A stretch of 64,000 nucleotides of DNA. Source: Eledone cirrhosa. Lineage: Eukaryota. Positions 42,910 to 54,206 of this stretch are shown here, piece by piece; the first letter of the stretch is position 1; every line of letters starts with the position of its first letter. The notes below the pieces were generated by a model. That model did not search any database and was not told the origin of the DNA. It saw nothing but the letters and a program-made list of their open reading frames with translations. Location of the stretch: assembly GCA_964016885.1 (NCBI GenBank), contig OZ024751.1, positions 48,670,001 to 48,734,000 of the forward strand, given 5' to 3'. A program made the translations under genes and the position numbers.

Positions 42910-44927
42910 TGAAATGCAGTGGAAAAGATGGGAAAGACCACTTACCTTACTTCTCTATGAGGAAGGACGGTTTCTCCATCCTTTTCACTGCTTGTGGCCT
43001 CCTCAGGAAGGATGTCCTTATAAATCCTCCTGTAGAGTGCTTGTCGGAAGTCTCCGATGTCTTTTGGGAATTTTTGTTTTAGTGTCATGTACGTTTTCTG
43101 TGTGATGCGAGTGATTTGTATGTGTGGAGGTGGTGTGAACTTTTGGGATGTTGTGTAGTCTGTTTCTGTGATGCTGGTGTTGTGTTGGTTGTTGTTCAAA
43201 TTTAATGCTGTGTAGTGTGTATCGTTTTGGTTGTTTTGTTTTGTTTTGTTTGCGTTTGTTGTGGGTTTGTTCCTGTTTCGCATTTTGGTGACTTTTGTGG
43301 TGTAGGTGATGGTGGTGTTGGGGTTAATGATGGTGATGGTGTTGGTGTTTGGGGTAATGGGGTTGGTGCTGTGGATGGTGGCATGTCTGTCGTAACTTTT
43401 TTGTTAGATAGTTTATTTGTTTCCCTCTGTGTTTTGTTTTTGGAGGGGGAAGGAAGAGAGTTTTTTCTTTTTTGGTTTCTTTTTTTCATTTTTCCTGATA
43501 CCGTTTCCCACTCCTCGTCGTCACAATCTGTCTCCGTTTCCCACTCCTCGTCGTCACAATCTGTCTCCATTTGTGATAGGCCGGGGAGTGGAAAATCCTC
43601 CACAGGCGTTAGTTTTGGTTGTGGCGTGGTGGATGGTGTAGGCGCTGGTGCTAGTTCTGGCGCGTTGGGTGGTGGTGGTGTTGGTTTTGCTACTGTTGCT
43701 GGGGTTGTTGCTGTTACAGTTGCTTCTGTTGTTGCTGCTACTGTTGTTGCTGCCATCTCTGCTGCTGGTGGTGTTGATTGTTGAGTCACTGGGGTGGGTA
43801 GGAGAGGTGGCCTCATCCTTTTAGCCTGAGGGCAGAAAGCCATTAGGTGGGTTCCTTCACCACAAACGACACACCTAGGCCTTCTGCCCTCGACAATTCG
43901 GTGAGGTGGCTGCCGTCAGTGAGGTCTATTACCTCTGGGATCTCCTCAATGCTATTTTGGTCCGCTTGGATCAGGAGCTCCATCCCAGATCCGGACCAGT
44001 TCTCCTGCTTTTCTTTCGCTATTTCTATTATCTTGGTGTTGGCTTCGGTGCCGGCGAGGACGGCAGCTATTAGCCAGGGAATTTCGATGGCCGGTGGAAC
44101 GTGGGTGACCCTGATCTTTACGAGTCTCTGGCCACAATAGCTTGGGACGAATGTGAAGTCGTCACTTCTTAATGGGGCCATGGAGTTTTCTCTAGCCTCC
44201 TGTGGTGTTTCAAAGAACACATCCACGGTTCCATACTTCTGCCCACGTCTGATGTGGGTTTTTTTTGCCCACACATGTCCCAAACCTTTTTGGATTTGGG
44301 ACTCGGATGCCCGTTCCACTCGGAGCGATTTTATATTAATTGTTCGTTAAGACACGGTGCATAGGCGCCGATGCTCCATTTTATTGGGTGTGTGTGTATG
44401 TCGGGGGTGGGGTGGGTGGGTGAGGCTGACCCTGTAGCCATCTTTCTTTACCATTCTTTTGTCTTCTTCTAATTCCTCCTGAGTTACCTGAAATACTTCG
44501 CACTGTTTTGCTACTCTGGCAAAACTCAGGGTGGTTTTCTTAATTTCATTGTTGCTGTTGTTGTTATCGTTATTTTTGTTTTTATTAATTTTAGTTTCAG
44601 TTGTCGTGGGGGTGGCGTCAGTGATGTTCGGTGTGGAAGAGTTCATTTTGGTCGATACGTGTTAATTTATTTTTTTCTTTTGTTTCTGTTGTCGCGGTGG
44701 TGGTGGGGTGGGGTGGTGGTTGTTGCGGTGGTGGTGGTGGCTTTAACACCTGCAACCATTGGTAATGGCGGGAAATGAATGTCTGCCTGAGCCAAATTTA
44801 AAATATTGCTACTGCTTAAATTTTTAGTGTTGGCAAACGTAGTAATATTTACAATGGTGGTGTCGGTGTGAGGTGTTAGTTTGTGAGGAAGGCTCTCAGT
44901 TGCTTGGTGCAGAGGTGAGACAGTCAT
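42910..44927 (-). pseudogene. Tx1-type ORF1 (gag-like zinc knuckle), frameshifted
   Basis: Across ~43830-43885 the minus strand reads GRRPRCVVCGEGTHLMAFCP (CX2CX4HX4C), followed by a Pro/Thr-rich tail. Start uncertain. Confidence 0.75.
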
Positions 44928-46058
44928 GATTTTTTCAAGGAAATTTTTTGATAATTATAAAAGTTTAAATTTTGGGTTCAAGGCCCCAATATTTTTGGGT
45001 GTCCTTTTCAGATAACAATGTATGTGCACTTATATACAGTTAACAATAAACATTTTCCATGAATGGCAATTTTGAACAACTGAAAATAACAAACCTTTGC
45101 GGAGCTCACGTTGATACGATTTACTACGTAGGCCGCCAGAAATAATAATAATAATAATAATAAATTGCTCCCGTAAGTTTTTTGATTTTTAACATATTTA
45201 AATCAATTGTGAAAGAACAATTCTTAGCACAAATGTTGCATAAAGGCACCGAATGAGGTTCCATAAAGTTTCGGATCCATATTATATTGTTGTATCGCTC
45301 AAATATTCAATTTTGTATTATATATTTTGTATTCAAAAAAAGAAAATGGTTATAAATGGAACAAAACACCCTCTGTCTACACTATATAGAACAGCGGCAA
45401 TTTCAATTTCACCAACACCAGAAACTTGATACACTACCTATCCCATCACACTAAATATAACGGCAACTTCACCGGCATCATAATAATAATTACTATTATT
45501 ATTGTCTCAAATTTAAAAAAATGTCTCAAATTTAAAAAAATGTTTAATTCAAATTTTACGGGAATATGTCAACACAAAATATAATGAAAATATATATTAA
45601 ACATACGAACACAAACTCATAGATACTATATCAGTAACCACAACACCACCGCTGCCACCCCCCCACCACATCCATCATCGCCGCCACCACTCATTCAATG
45701 CTACTGACACTATTCCCCTGTTAACTTGAGAGAGAAAAGGGAAGGTGGTGGTAGCACTAGACAAGAGAGAGGCTAGCAAAAGATATAAATAGATTGACTT
45801 GGTGACCTTGCCACGGACAAACGTCTACATCAACAATTATGGGACTGCTGGCTCACCCCTTCCTCACCAACAATATAAAAAGCCCCGGCACCACCACCGA
45901 CATAACCAGCAGCAATAACAGCCAACTACAACAAAAAGTATATTATATTATTGTAATGCACTGGGTGATTGCTGGCCTGGAGTGGAGACAATTATTAATA
46001 ATTTCATTCTTAAGCCACGCAATGCTCACATTAAGGAACCACTCATGATAATAACAAT

Positions 46059-49000
46059 TTAAAAAAAACAACAAAAAGAAAACCCCGTGACCAAGAAATA
46101 CCGGGATGGCGGCCGGCGGGGAATAGCCATGTCTCTAGGGGAGAACGACCCCTCTAGTCTTGGTTGACACTCGTTCTAGAAGTGGTAACACGAAAAGATT
46201 ACCCCTTGGCGGATAAGGATAAAACGCGACAAAATAAAGTAGATGTCTAATGATGAAATCTCATACCGGATCGGCCGTCACCCGGGTAAAAAAGGGCCGC
46301 GTCCCTCAGAGAGCAACCAGACTGGGGTCGAAAAATCAGCTAATGGTTCAAACCTTCCCATCACTTCGGAGCTGGAGACCTCCCATAACCGGAATACTCC
46401 TACTGTTGGCCCTCCATGCTCACCACCAAGAAATCCAAAGAAAAAGAGAGAAAAATGGTCAAGGGAAGATAATAAAGAAGTCCTTGAGGCTTTCTACACT
46501 GCCATGTACTACCCATCAAATACATCGAATACAGAGCAAACATATATCAACTGGAAAAAGAAACATCCCGAAAACAGAGGCTATATTGACAGTAACAAAC
46601 TAGCCAATATACGAAGAAATATTGTAAGAAAAAAGTTACTAACTGATATAGAAATTGATCAGATCAAGCTAGTAGCACAAAGTCAGCGAAGGGAAAATGA
46701 AGCATGTGTCAGTGAAAACGAGGTAAACTGTAACACTTCGAATCCCAGAGTTGGGGCGGAATCACTGGCAACAGAACAAATTAAAGAAAGGAGCGAACAA
46801 GTGGAGGGAGTGCATGCTCAGGATGAAACTCCAAATGAAAATAATGAGATCGTAAATGATAAAGAAATGAATGAAAATGAACTTGCCAACTTGAAGGATG
46901 AAATTATGATCGAATGGATGAAAATGAAAGAATCTGACATGGGGGAACGAGACACCCTCCCTAAGATCCAGAACTCCAAACAGAACCAAAAGATAATACA
47001 CAAGACTAACATAATTCTCAAAAACATTATCATCACAAACAAACTAAGCATTACTGACTTAAATCATCTCTATTATGCATCGGCTAAAGTCACCACTCAC
47101 TTATGTGGAGTGAAGATGAAAAAACAAAGGAATTCCCACAAGAAATCTACTTGGCAAGATAACATCAATCGCCAAATAAACCTTCTCCGATCTGACATAG
47201 AAATTTTAACAAACTATAAAGTAGGTGAACATGTTAAACAAACTAAACTTAGAAAATTGAAAAAAAAGTACAGTATAAGATCAACATGTGACATAGACAT
47301 GCTGATAGAAACAATCAAGCAAAAAGTGTCGGCCAAAGCTGCTCGTATAAGGCGCTTTGAAAAACGATCTAGATTCTATAAGGACAATAATATGTTCAAA
47401 AACAACCAAAGAAACTTCTACAGAAAAATTGGTAAGTCAACAATAACTGCTAAATCAATACCACCCAAGGAGGAAGTGCAAGAATTCTGGGAAAAGATCT
47501 GGGCCGAAGAAAAAGTTCATAACATACATGCCCCATGGATAGACAGACAAATGAAAGAAACAGCTCACCTTGAAGAACAAACATGGGAAAATATAACAGT
47601 TGAACAGCTGCGCTTGGCTCTAAGAAAAACCAGCAAATGGAAATCCCCAGGAAAAGACAAAATACAAAACTTTTGGATAAATGCCTTCACAGAGTCTCAT
47701 GAGCTGTTAGCCCAACTTTACAATGAAATAGTTAAGGAGCCAGAAAAGATACCATCATGGCTAGTTAACGGCATTACATTCCTGCTACCGAAGAATGATG
47801 AGACAAACAATCCCAAAAATTACAGACCGATAACCTGCTTGACCACAATGTATAAAATTTTAACATCAGTCCTAACTGAATACACATATGACCACCTGAT
47901 AACAAATGACCTATTTCCCATTGAGCAGAAAGGGTGTAAACGAGGCTCATATGGCTGTAAGGATCAGCTTCTGGTTAACAAAATGATACTGGAAGATTGT
48001 CATAATAGACACAAAAATCTATCGATCGCTTGGATAGATTATAAAAAAGCATTTGATAGTTTGCCACACAGTTGGATTGAAAAATGTTTAGAGATTTTCA
48101 AAATATCCCCCGTTATCAGGAGGTTTTTGTCATTCAGTATGAGGACATGGAGAACGACACTCCTTTTGAATAGTGAAACAAAATCACTGGAAGCTGGAGA
48201 AGTTAACATTAATTGTGGAATTTTTCAGGGTGACTCTTTATCACCGCTTTTATTCTGCATCGCACTTATACCATTAAGTAAAATGCTCAGTGAAACAAAA
48301 CATGGATATAGAGTCTATGACAAAACCATTAATCACCTGTTCTACATGGATGACCTGAAACTATTTGCAAAAAATGATGAACAATTGCAAGGGCTATTAT
48401 CCACTGTGAAGCAGTTCAGTGATGACATTAAAATGGAGTTTGGACTGGATAAATGCGCCAAAGCAACGTTCACCAGAGGAAAGCTGCTGAAGAGTTCAGA
48501 CATTAATCTTGATCGGGGGAACGTGATAAGAGAGCTTGATCAAGAACAAACTTACAAATATCTAGGTGTTTGTGAAGGAGACGGAATCAAGCACTCGACA
48601 ATGAGGGAAAGGATAAGGAAGGAATGTTACCGCAGAGTCAGAGCAATCTTAAGAACGGAATTGAATGCAAGGAATAGGATCGATGCCATAAACACGCTTG
48701 CCATACCAGTAGTAACCTACAGTTACAATGTCATCAACTGGTCAAGCACAGAGATCCGTAGGCTCGATACAAAAATCCGAAAATTCTTAACCATGCACAG
48801 AATGCATCACCCTAAGGCAGACATAGATAGAATATATCTCCCTAGGAAAGAAGGAGGACGTGGGTTAATCCAGTTAGACATTGCGTTGAAAACTGCAACA
48901 ATTGGATTATCCACATATCTAAGGGAATCACATGATTGGATGATCAAACTCGTTTTGAAACACGAAAGCACCAAAAGATCATATTCCATTACAAAAGATG

Positions 49001-50057
49001 CACAAAGATACAGTAATGGACTACAAATTTCAGAAGTCCCATTTACTGCTGAAATGGAAAACACAGAAAAAGCAAAGCAGGTAAAAGTAACTGCAAAGAA
49101 AGAACTGCTACAGAAACTGGCTAAGAAATGGCAAGAAAAGCCTCTGTATGGAAAATACCCAGAGCGAGCTAACAATCCTGATGTTGACAAAACTTTAACC
49201 CATCAGTGGTTGGCATCCTCTGGACTGAAATCGGAGACTGAAGGACTGATTATATCCGCACAAGATCAGTGTCTGCCAACAAAAAATTACCAAGCCAACA
49301 TAATAAAAAATGGGTGCAGCCCATTATGCCGTGTATGCAAAAAACAACCAGAGACCATTGACCATATAATTTCAATGTGCAGTCCTATAGCTCCAACCGA
49401 ATACCTAAACAGGCATGACAGAGCTGCACAATACATACATTGGATAATGTGCAAGCATTTTGACCTGCCCCATCAAAAGAATTGGTGGGAGCATCAACCA
49501 CCTCCCATACTTGAAAAAGATCACATCTCAATCTTGTGGAACTTTAGCATCCAAACAGACCGAAAAATAGATGCAAATAGACCTGATATAATATTGAAGG
49601 ACTTTCAAAGGAGGGTATGCCTGCTAATTGATATGTCTGTTCCAATAGACAAGAATGTATCTATAAAAACATTTGAAAAATTGAGCAAGTATAAGGACCT
49701 GGAGATAGAAATTGGAAAAATGTGGAAATTGAGAACTAAAACAATACCAGTGGTTGTAGGCGCTCTGGGAATGATACCTAAGGGGTCTAACGACTACTTA
49801 TCGCAAATCCCAGGAAACCCGCGTATAGGAGAAATACAAAAGATAGTACTAATGGGAACTGCCCATATACTAAGGAAGATCCTGTCAATATAAGTACATC
49901 ACAAGTCTAAACACTAAGGATGCATGTGTGAATATGTGTGTTCTTTCTTGAACATGGCGGACCTTGTTGTCTCTTGAGGTCACTGGTTGTGACTTGGTGA
50001 TAACTCGTATAAACATAAAGCAAGATAAATGCAAATAATAATAATAATAATAATAAT
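46059..50057 (+). mobile_element. Full-length R4/Dong-clade non-LTR retrotransposon
   Basis: GC-rich 5' UTR, single ORF, ~140-nt 3' UTR and (AAT)n tail at 50034-50057. Confidence 0.9.
46243..49893 (+). CDS. RT plus CCHC plus restriction-like endonuclease polyprotein (1216 aa, intact)
   Basis: WKSPGKD, NYRPITCL, IDYKKAFDS, GIFQGDSLSP, YMDD, YKYLG, GGRGL, CRVC..HIISMC, RHD, RPD..D..KLSKY. Confidence 0.95.
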   Translation: MSNDEISYRIGRHPGKKGPRPSESNQTGVEKSANGSNLPITSELETSHNRNTPTVGPPCSPPRNPKKKREKWSREDNKEVLEAFYTAMYYPSNTSNTEQTYINWKKKHPENRGYIDSNKLANIRRNIVRKKLLTDIEIDQIKLVAQSQRRENEACVSENEVNCNTSNPRVGAESLATEQIKERSEQVEGVHAQDETPNENNEIVNDKEMNENELANLKDEIMIEWMKMKESDMGERDTLPKIQNSKQNQKIIHKTNIILKNIIITNKLSITDLNHLYYASAKVTTHLCGVKMKKQRNSHKKSTWQDNINRQINLLRSDIEILTNYKVGEHVKQTKLRKLKKKYSIRSTCDIDMLIETIKQKVSAKAARIRRFEKRSRFYKDNNMFKNNQRNFYRKIGKSTITAKSIPPKEEVQEFWEKIWAEEKVHNIHAPWIDRQMKETAHLEEQTWENITVEQLRLALRKTSKWKSPGKDKIQNFWINAFTESHELLAQLYNEIVKEPEKIPSWLVNGITFLLPKNDETNNPKNYRPITCLTTMYKILTSVLTEYTYDHLITNDLFPIEQKGCKRGSYGCKDQLLVNKMILEDCHNRHKNLSIAWIDYKKAFDSLPHSWIEKCLEIFKISPVIRRFLSFSMRTWRTTLLLNSETKSLEAGEVNINCGIFQGDSLSPLLFCIALIPLSKMLSETKHGYRVYDKTINHLFYMDDLKLFAKNDEQLQGLLSTVKQFSDDIKMEFGLDKCAKATFTRGKLLKSSDINLDRGNVIRELDQEQTYKYLGVCEGDGIKHSTMRERIRKECYRRVRAILRTELNARNRIDAINTLAIPVVTYSYNVINWSSTEIRRLDTKIRKFLTMHRMHHPKADIDRIYLPRKEGGRGLIQLDIALKTATIGLSTYLRESHDWMIKLVLKHESTKRSYSITKDAQRYSNGLQISEVPFTAEMENTEKAKQVKVTAKKELLQKLAKKWQEKPLYGKYPERANNPDVDKTLTHQWLASSGLKSETEGLIISAQDQCLPTKNYQANIIKNGCSPLCRVCKKQPETIDHIISMCSPIAPTEYLNRHDRAAQYIHWIMCKHFDLPHQKNWWEHQPPPILEKDHISILWNFSIQTDRKIDANRPDIILKDFQRRVCLLIDMSVPIDKNVSIKTFEKLSKYKDLEIEIGKMWKLRTKTIPVVVGALGMIPKGSNDYLSQIPGNPRIGEIQKIVLMGTAHILRKILSI

Positions 50058-50104
50058 GCTTTCTTTATTAACTACAAGGCTTTACATAAAGTAGATATTA
50101 AGGA
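50058..50104 (-). mobile_element. Tx1 element 3'-end fragment
   Basis: Matches 39382-39428 and shares the (AAT)n tract with the Dong tail. Confidence 0.8.
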
Positions 50105-50306
50105 ACAATAATAAAAAAAGGACAACAGCCCAGTGTTTTGACCAGAGGGTCTTTGGGTTGTTGGGTGTGATATATATATATATATATATTAGGTGCAATT
50201 TATATAAATCTTATAGAATTAAATGATTTTAATATCGCTTTAGCCTATATATGTATATGTGTACGAACGTACGTGTTAAGCATGTCTGTATGAACGTAGG
50301 AAGGTA

Positions 50307-50356
<50 letters not shown>

Positions 50357-50360
50357 AATT

Positions 50361-50399
<39 letters not shown>

Positions 50400-50430
50400 T
50401 TGCATATGTATGAATGTATGAACGCAAGAA

Positions 50431-50547
<117 letters not shown>

Positions 50548-50686
50548 GTGTGTGCGTGTATGCATGTATCAATGAATGTATTTATGTATGTAAATATCTA
50601 TATTCATATGTGTGAATGTATATAAGTCAATGTATGTATCAAGTCAGTCCATTTGATTACAAGTCTTATATATAAGTCTGTGTGCG

Positions 50687-50718
<32 letters not shown>

Positions 50719-50767
50719 AGTGTGCGTGCGTGAGTGTAAGTGTGTGCATAAGTATATCTCTCTCTCT

Positions 50768-50879
<112 letters not shown>

Positions 50880-50888
50880 TTATATGTA

Positions 50889-50919
<31 letters not shown>

Positions 50920-50957
50920 GTATATATGTATATATATATATATACATATTTACATAT

Positions 50958-51007
<50 letters not shown>

Positions 51008-51255
51008 TAATAAAAGCAATGAATAAAAACAAATAAACAGTTAATTATATTTAAAAATTCAGCATTTTACGATCGTTTCTAGGATATATATGTATGTGTT
51101 GGTATGTATATAGTATAGACCTATGTAAAAATTTTACAAACTATCAGAGGAAATATACATACCTACACATATATATGCTGTCTTCAGAAATTTCTGAAGA
51201 CATATATATATATGTTTTATATATATATATGTATATATATATATAAATGTATATA

Positions 51256-51341
51256 AGTTTTAATATAGATAAGATTCTACAGGACTAGAACTGTTACATT
51301 CTTTAGAAATCATCAGGAATCTGATGATTTCTAAAGATAAC

Positions 51342-51342
<1 letters not shown>
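51256..51342 (+). mobile_element. Family A element, internally deleted
   Basis: Left arm as 1531-1595, then CTGATGATTTCTAAA joined to the tail end GATAACG. Confidence 0.75.
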
Positions 51343-51391
<49 letters not shown>

Positions 51392-51404
51392 ATATATCTA
51401 TCTA

Positions 51405-51479
<75 letters not shown>

Positions 51480-51946
51480 ATATATGAATAGATATCTATT
51501 TGTTTGTCTACAGTTATACGAATCTGCCTGTTTAGGTTGTTTGGATTTCGCTGTCTGCCCCCCCTCCCCCTGTATCTAACTAGACAGATAATAAGTTCAC
51601 TCTATCTTGAACTATTGTCCACTATTACCTACATTGTGCATATATACTGATATAGCTGCAAATAAGTGTACAAGCGTTCGCACACGTTAATGCATACGCA
51701 CTCAGAAATGTGATATACATATATATATTGTATTGTTATTTCTGTTTACCTTTTACATACATATATATATCTATATATATATATAGAAAGAGAGCGAGAG
51801 AGAGAGTGAGAGAGAGAGTGAGAGAGAGAGTCAGAGAGAGTCAGAGAGAGAGAGAGAGAGAGAGAGAGGTGAGTGAGAGAGAAAAAGAGAGAAAACTGTA
51901 CACCCAAAAAGATAAATACATTGAACGAGAGAACAGCAGCCACATG

Positions 51947-51980
<34 letters not shown>

Positions 51981-51994
51981 TATAACACATATGC

Positions 51995-52055
<61 letters not shown>

Positions 52056-52778
52056 AACACATATGCATAAATATATATATACAAACACACATGCATTCAT
52101 ATATGAATTGTTTCTTGTTTATTTAGTATTGCCAGTTTCTACATGCCCAAGCATCTATTGGAAGTATCCGACTACTTATTCTATATTCTGTAATTTCAAA
52201 ACACTATAACCACGGTGTACCTTTAACCTACACTACTTGAGATACACGATGTAGCTTCAGAAACGCTTTTTAGCCGGCGGCGAACTTTCAGTCCCGGTTA
52301 AGACTTCCTCTGAACACACAAACAATCGACAAAATCTTACACACATACGTGCCTTACATATACACTGATGTAGACACTCACAAAATCGCGTACACATACA
52401 CGCGTGCACACATCTGCACACGTACATATTCATGTGCAAACAAGCGCATACATTGTGCGTGTGTATATGAGTATGTATATATGTATAATTGCTTACATTA
52501 GGAACAATCTCAACATTATAAGAAAAACGTGATGTGCGGTCAGTAGACTTTCCTGATACAGTTATACTTAATCTCATATGTGTAGATATTATACATCTAC
52601 CTAATTCTTTAACAACTGATGTATATATATGTGTGTATACATATATGTATAATATATATATATGTATTTATATAAGTATATATATATATTATATATGTAT
52701 GTATATATATACATATATATATATATATGTATATATATATATGTATATATGTATACATATATATACATATATATATAC

Positions 52779-52827
<49 letters not shown>

Positions 52828-52867
52828 TACGTATATATATGTGTATATATATGTATATATATGTATA

Positions 52868-52960
<93 letters not shown>

Positions 52961-52962
52961 GT

Positions 52963-53190
52963 AAAACAGAAACTGACCACACAAAATTCAAGAAGTCTTT
53001 GGACAAATTCCTCCAAGTAATCCCGGACAAACCACCCACACCCGGATATGTCTCCGCAAACAGTAATTCTCTTCTCGAATGGGCCATGGTGCCCAAATCC
53101 TGAATTGAAAGACTTCGCCAGGCGGTGCTATTAAGTTAGACATGGCCTGGGCCAATACTGGCCAAAACATTTCAAAGTTATTCAAAGTTA
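52963..53190 (+). mobile_element. CR1/L2-type LINE 3' end
   Basis: [24 protein letters not shown], stop, short 3' UTR and a duplicated TTCAAAGTTA tail. Confidence 0.7.
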
Positions 53191-53198
53191 CATATATT

Positions 53199-53359
<161 letters not shown>

Positions 53360-53455
53360 TTGAGGTTGGTAATGGCACATGGAATATATAAGAGGCAGAA
53401 TACTTTTTTGTGAAAAAACATAATTTTATAAGGTAAGGAAATAATAAAGGGTATA

Positions 53456-53505
53456 AAAAATGACCGGTTTCGATGGGTCTGCAAAAGCCATCTTTTCAAA
53501 TGTTG
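53456..53505 (-). ncRNA. Hammerhead ribozyme (U3-A8) in the inverted pLTR
   Basis: Reverse complement of 57668-57715. Confidence 0.65.
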
Positions 53506-53952
53506 ATTAATATTAAGAAAAATTAATAATACGAAGAGTTAAAATTTGAGACTTGAAAATTCAAGTATAAAATTCATTGTGGGATTTCATAGCAGTTTTC
53601 ATCTAGGTAGCAACAACAGGTTGACTGCTGTGTCCCTTTCTGGTAGTGAATGAGAAGTTATTTGGGGTGTGGGTTATTTTATAAAGGTCAGATTTAGCAA
53701 TCGCCAGCTGCTGGTCAGTGAGGGGGTGGAAGCAATATACACACACATATCTTCCTGTGATGGGTAGGAGAGTGGAGCGTGATAGAAAAGGATTTAGTGC
53801 ACTTACACCTATATATACACACATACCTTCATCCACACATACATACATATACATATACATATATATATATATATATACATATACACACATACATACACAC
53901 ACACATACATATACATACACACATACACACACACACACATATATATACACAT

Positions 53953-54007
<55 letters not shown>

Positions 54008-54038
54008 TATATATGCATACACATACATCCAGATACAC

Positions 54039-54132
<94 letters not shown>

Positions 54133-54206
54133 CCCCACACATACATACACACACACATATATATATACATATACATACACACATACAAACATACACACAC
54201 ACACAC

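Larger units (their letters stand above)
39382..45140 (-). mobile_element. Full-length Tx1/L1-clade non-LTR retrotransposon in (TTA)n
   Basis: ORF1 plus ORF2. 3' end AATAAAGAAATC(ATT)n. (AAT)n tracts at 39326-39381 and 45141-45163. Confidence 0.9.

Noticed and set aside
43501-43570. 33-bp duplication encoding ETDCDDEEWET twice
   Set aside because: Local slippage in a disordered ORF1 region.
41447-44350. Plus-strand ORFs overlapping the Tx1 element
   Set aside because: They are antisense shadows of GC-richer coding sequence.
51179-51202. 24-bp palindrome TGTCTTCAGAAATTTCTGAAGACA with CTGAAGA on both strands
   Set aside because: Too short, with no GAAA or stems; at most a remnant.
53718-54206. 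N-terminal 160 aa of the 897-aa ORF as native protein
   Set aside because: It is the inverted pLTR microsatellite; true homology starts at ILSKGLKF.
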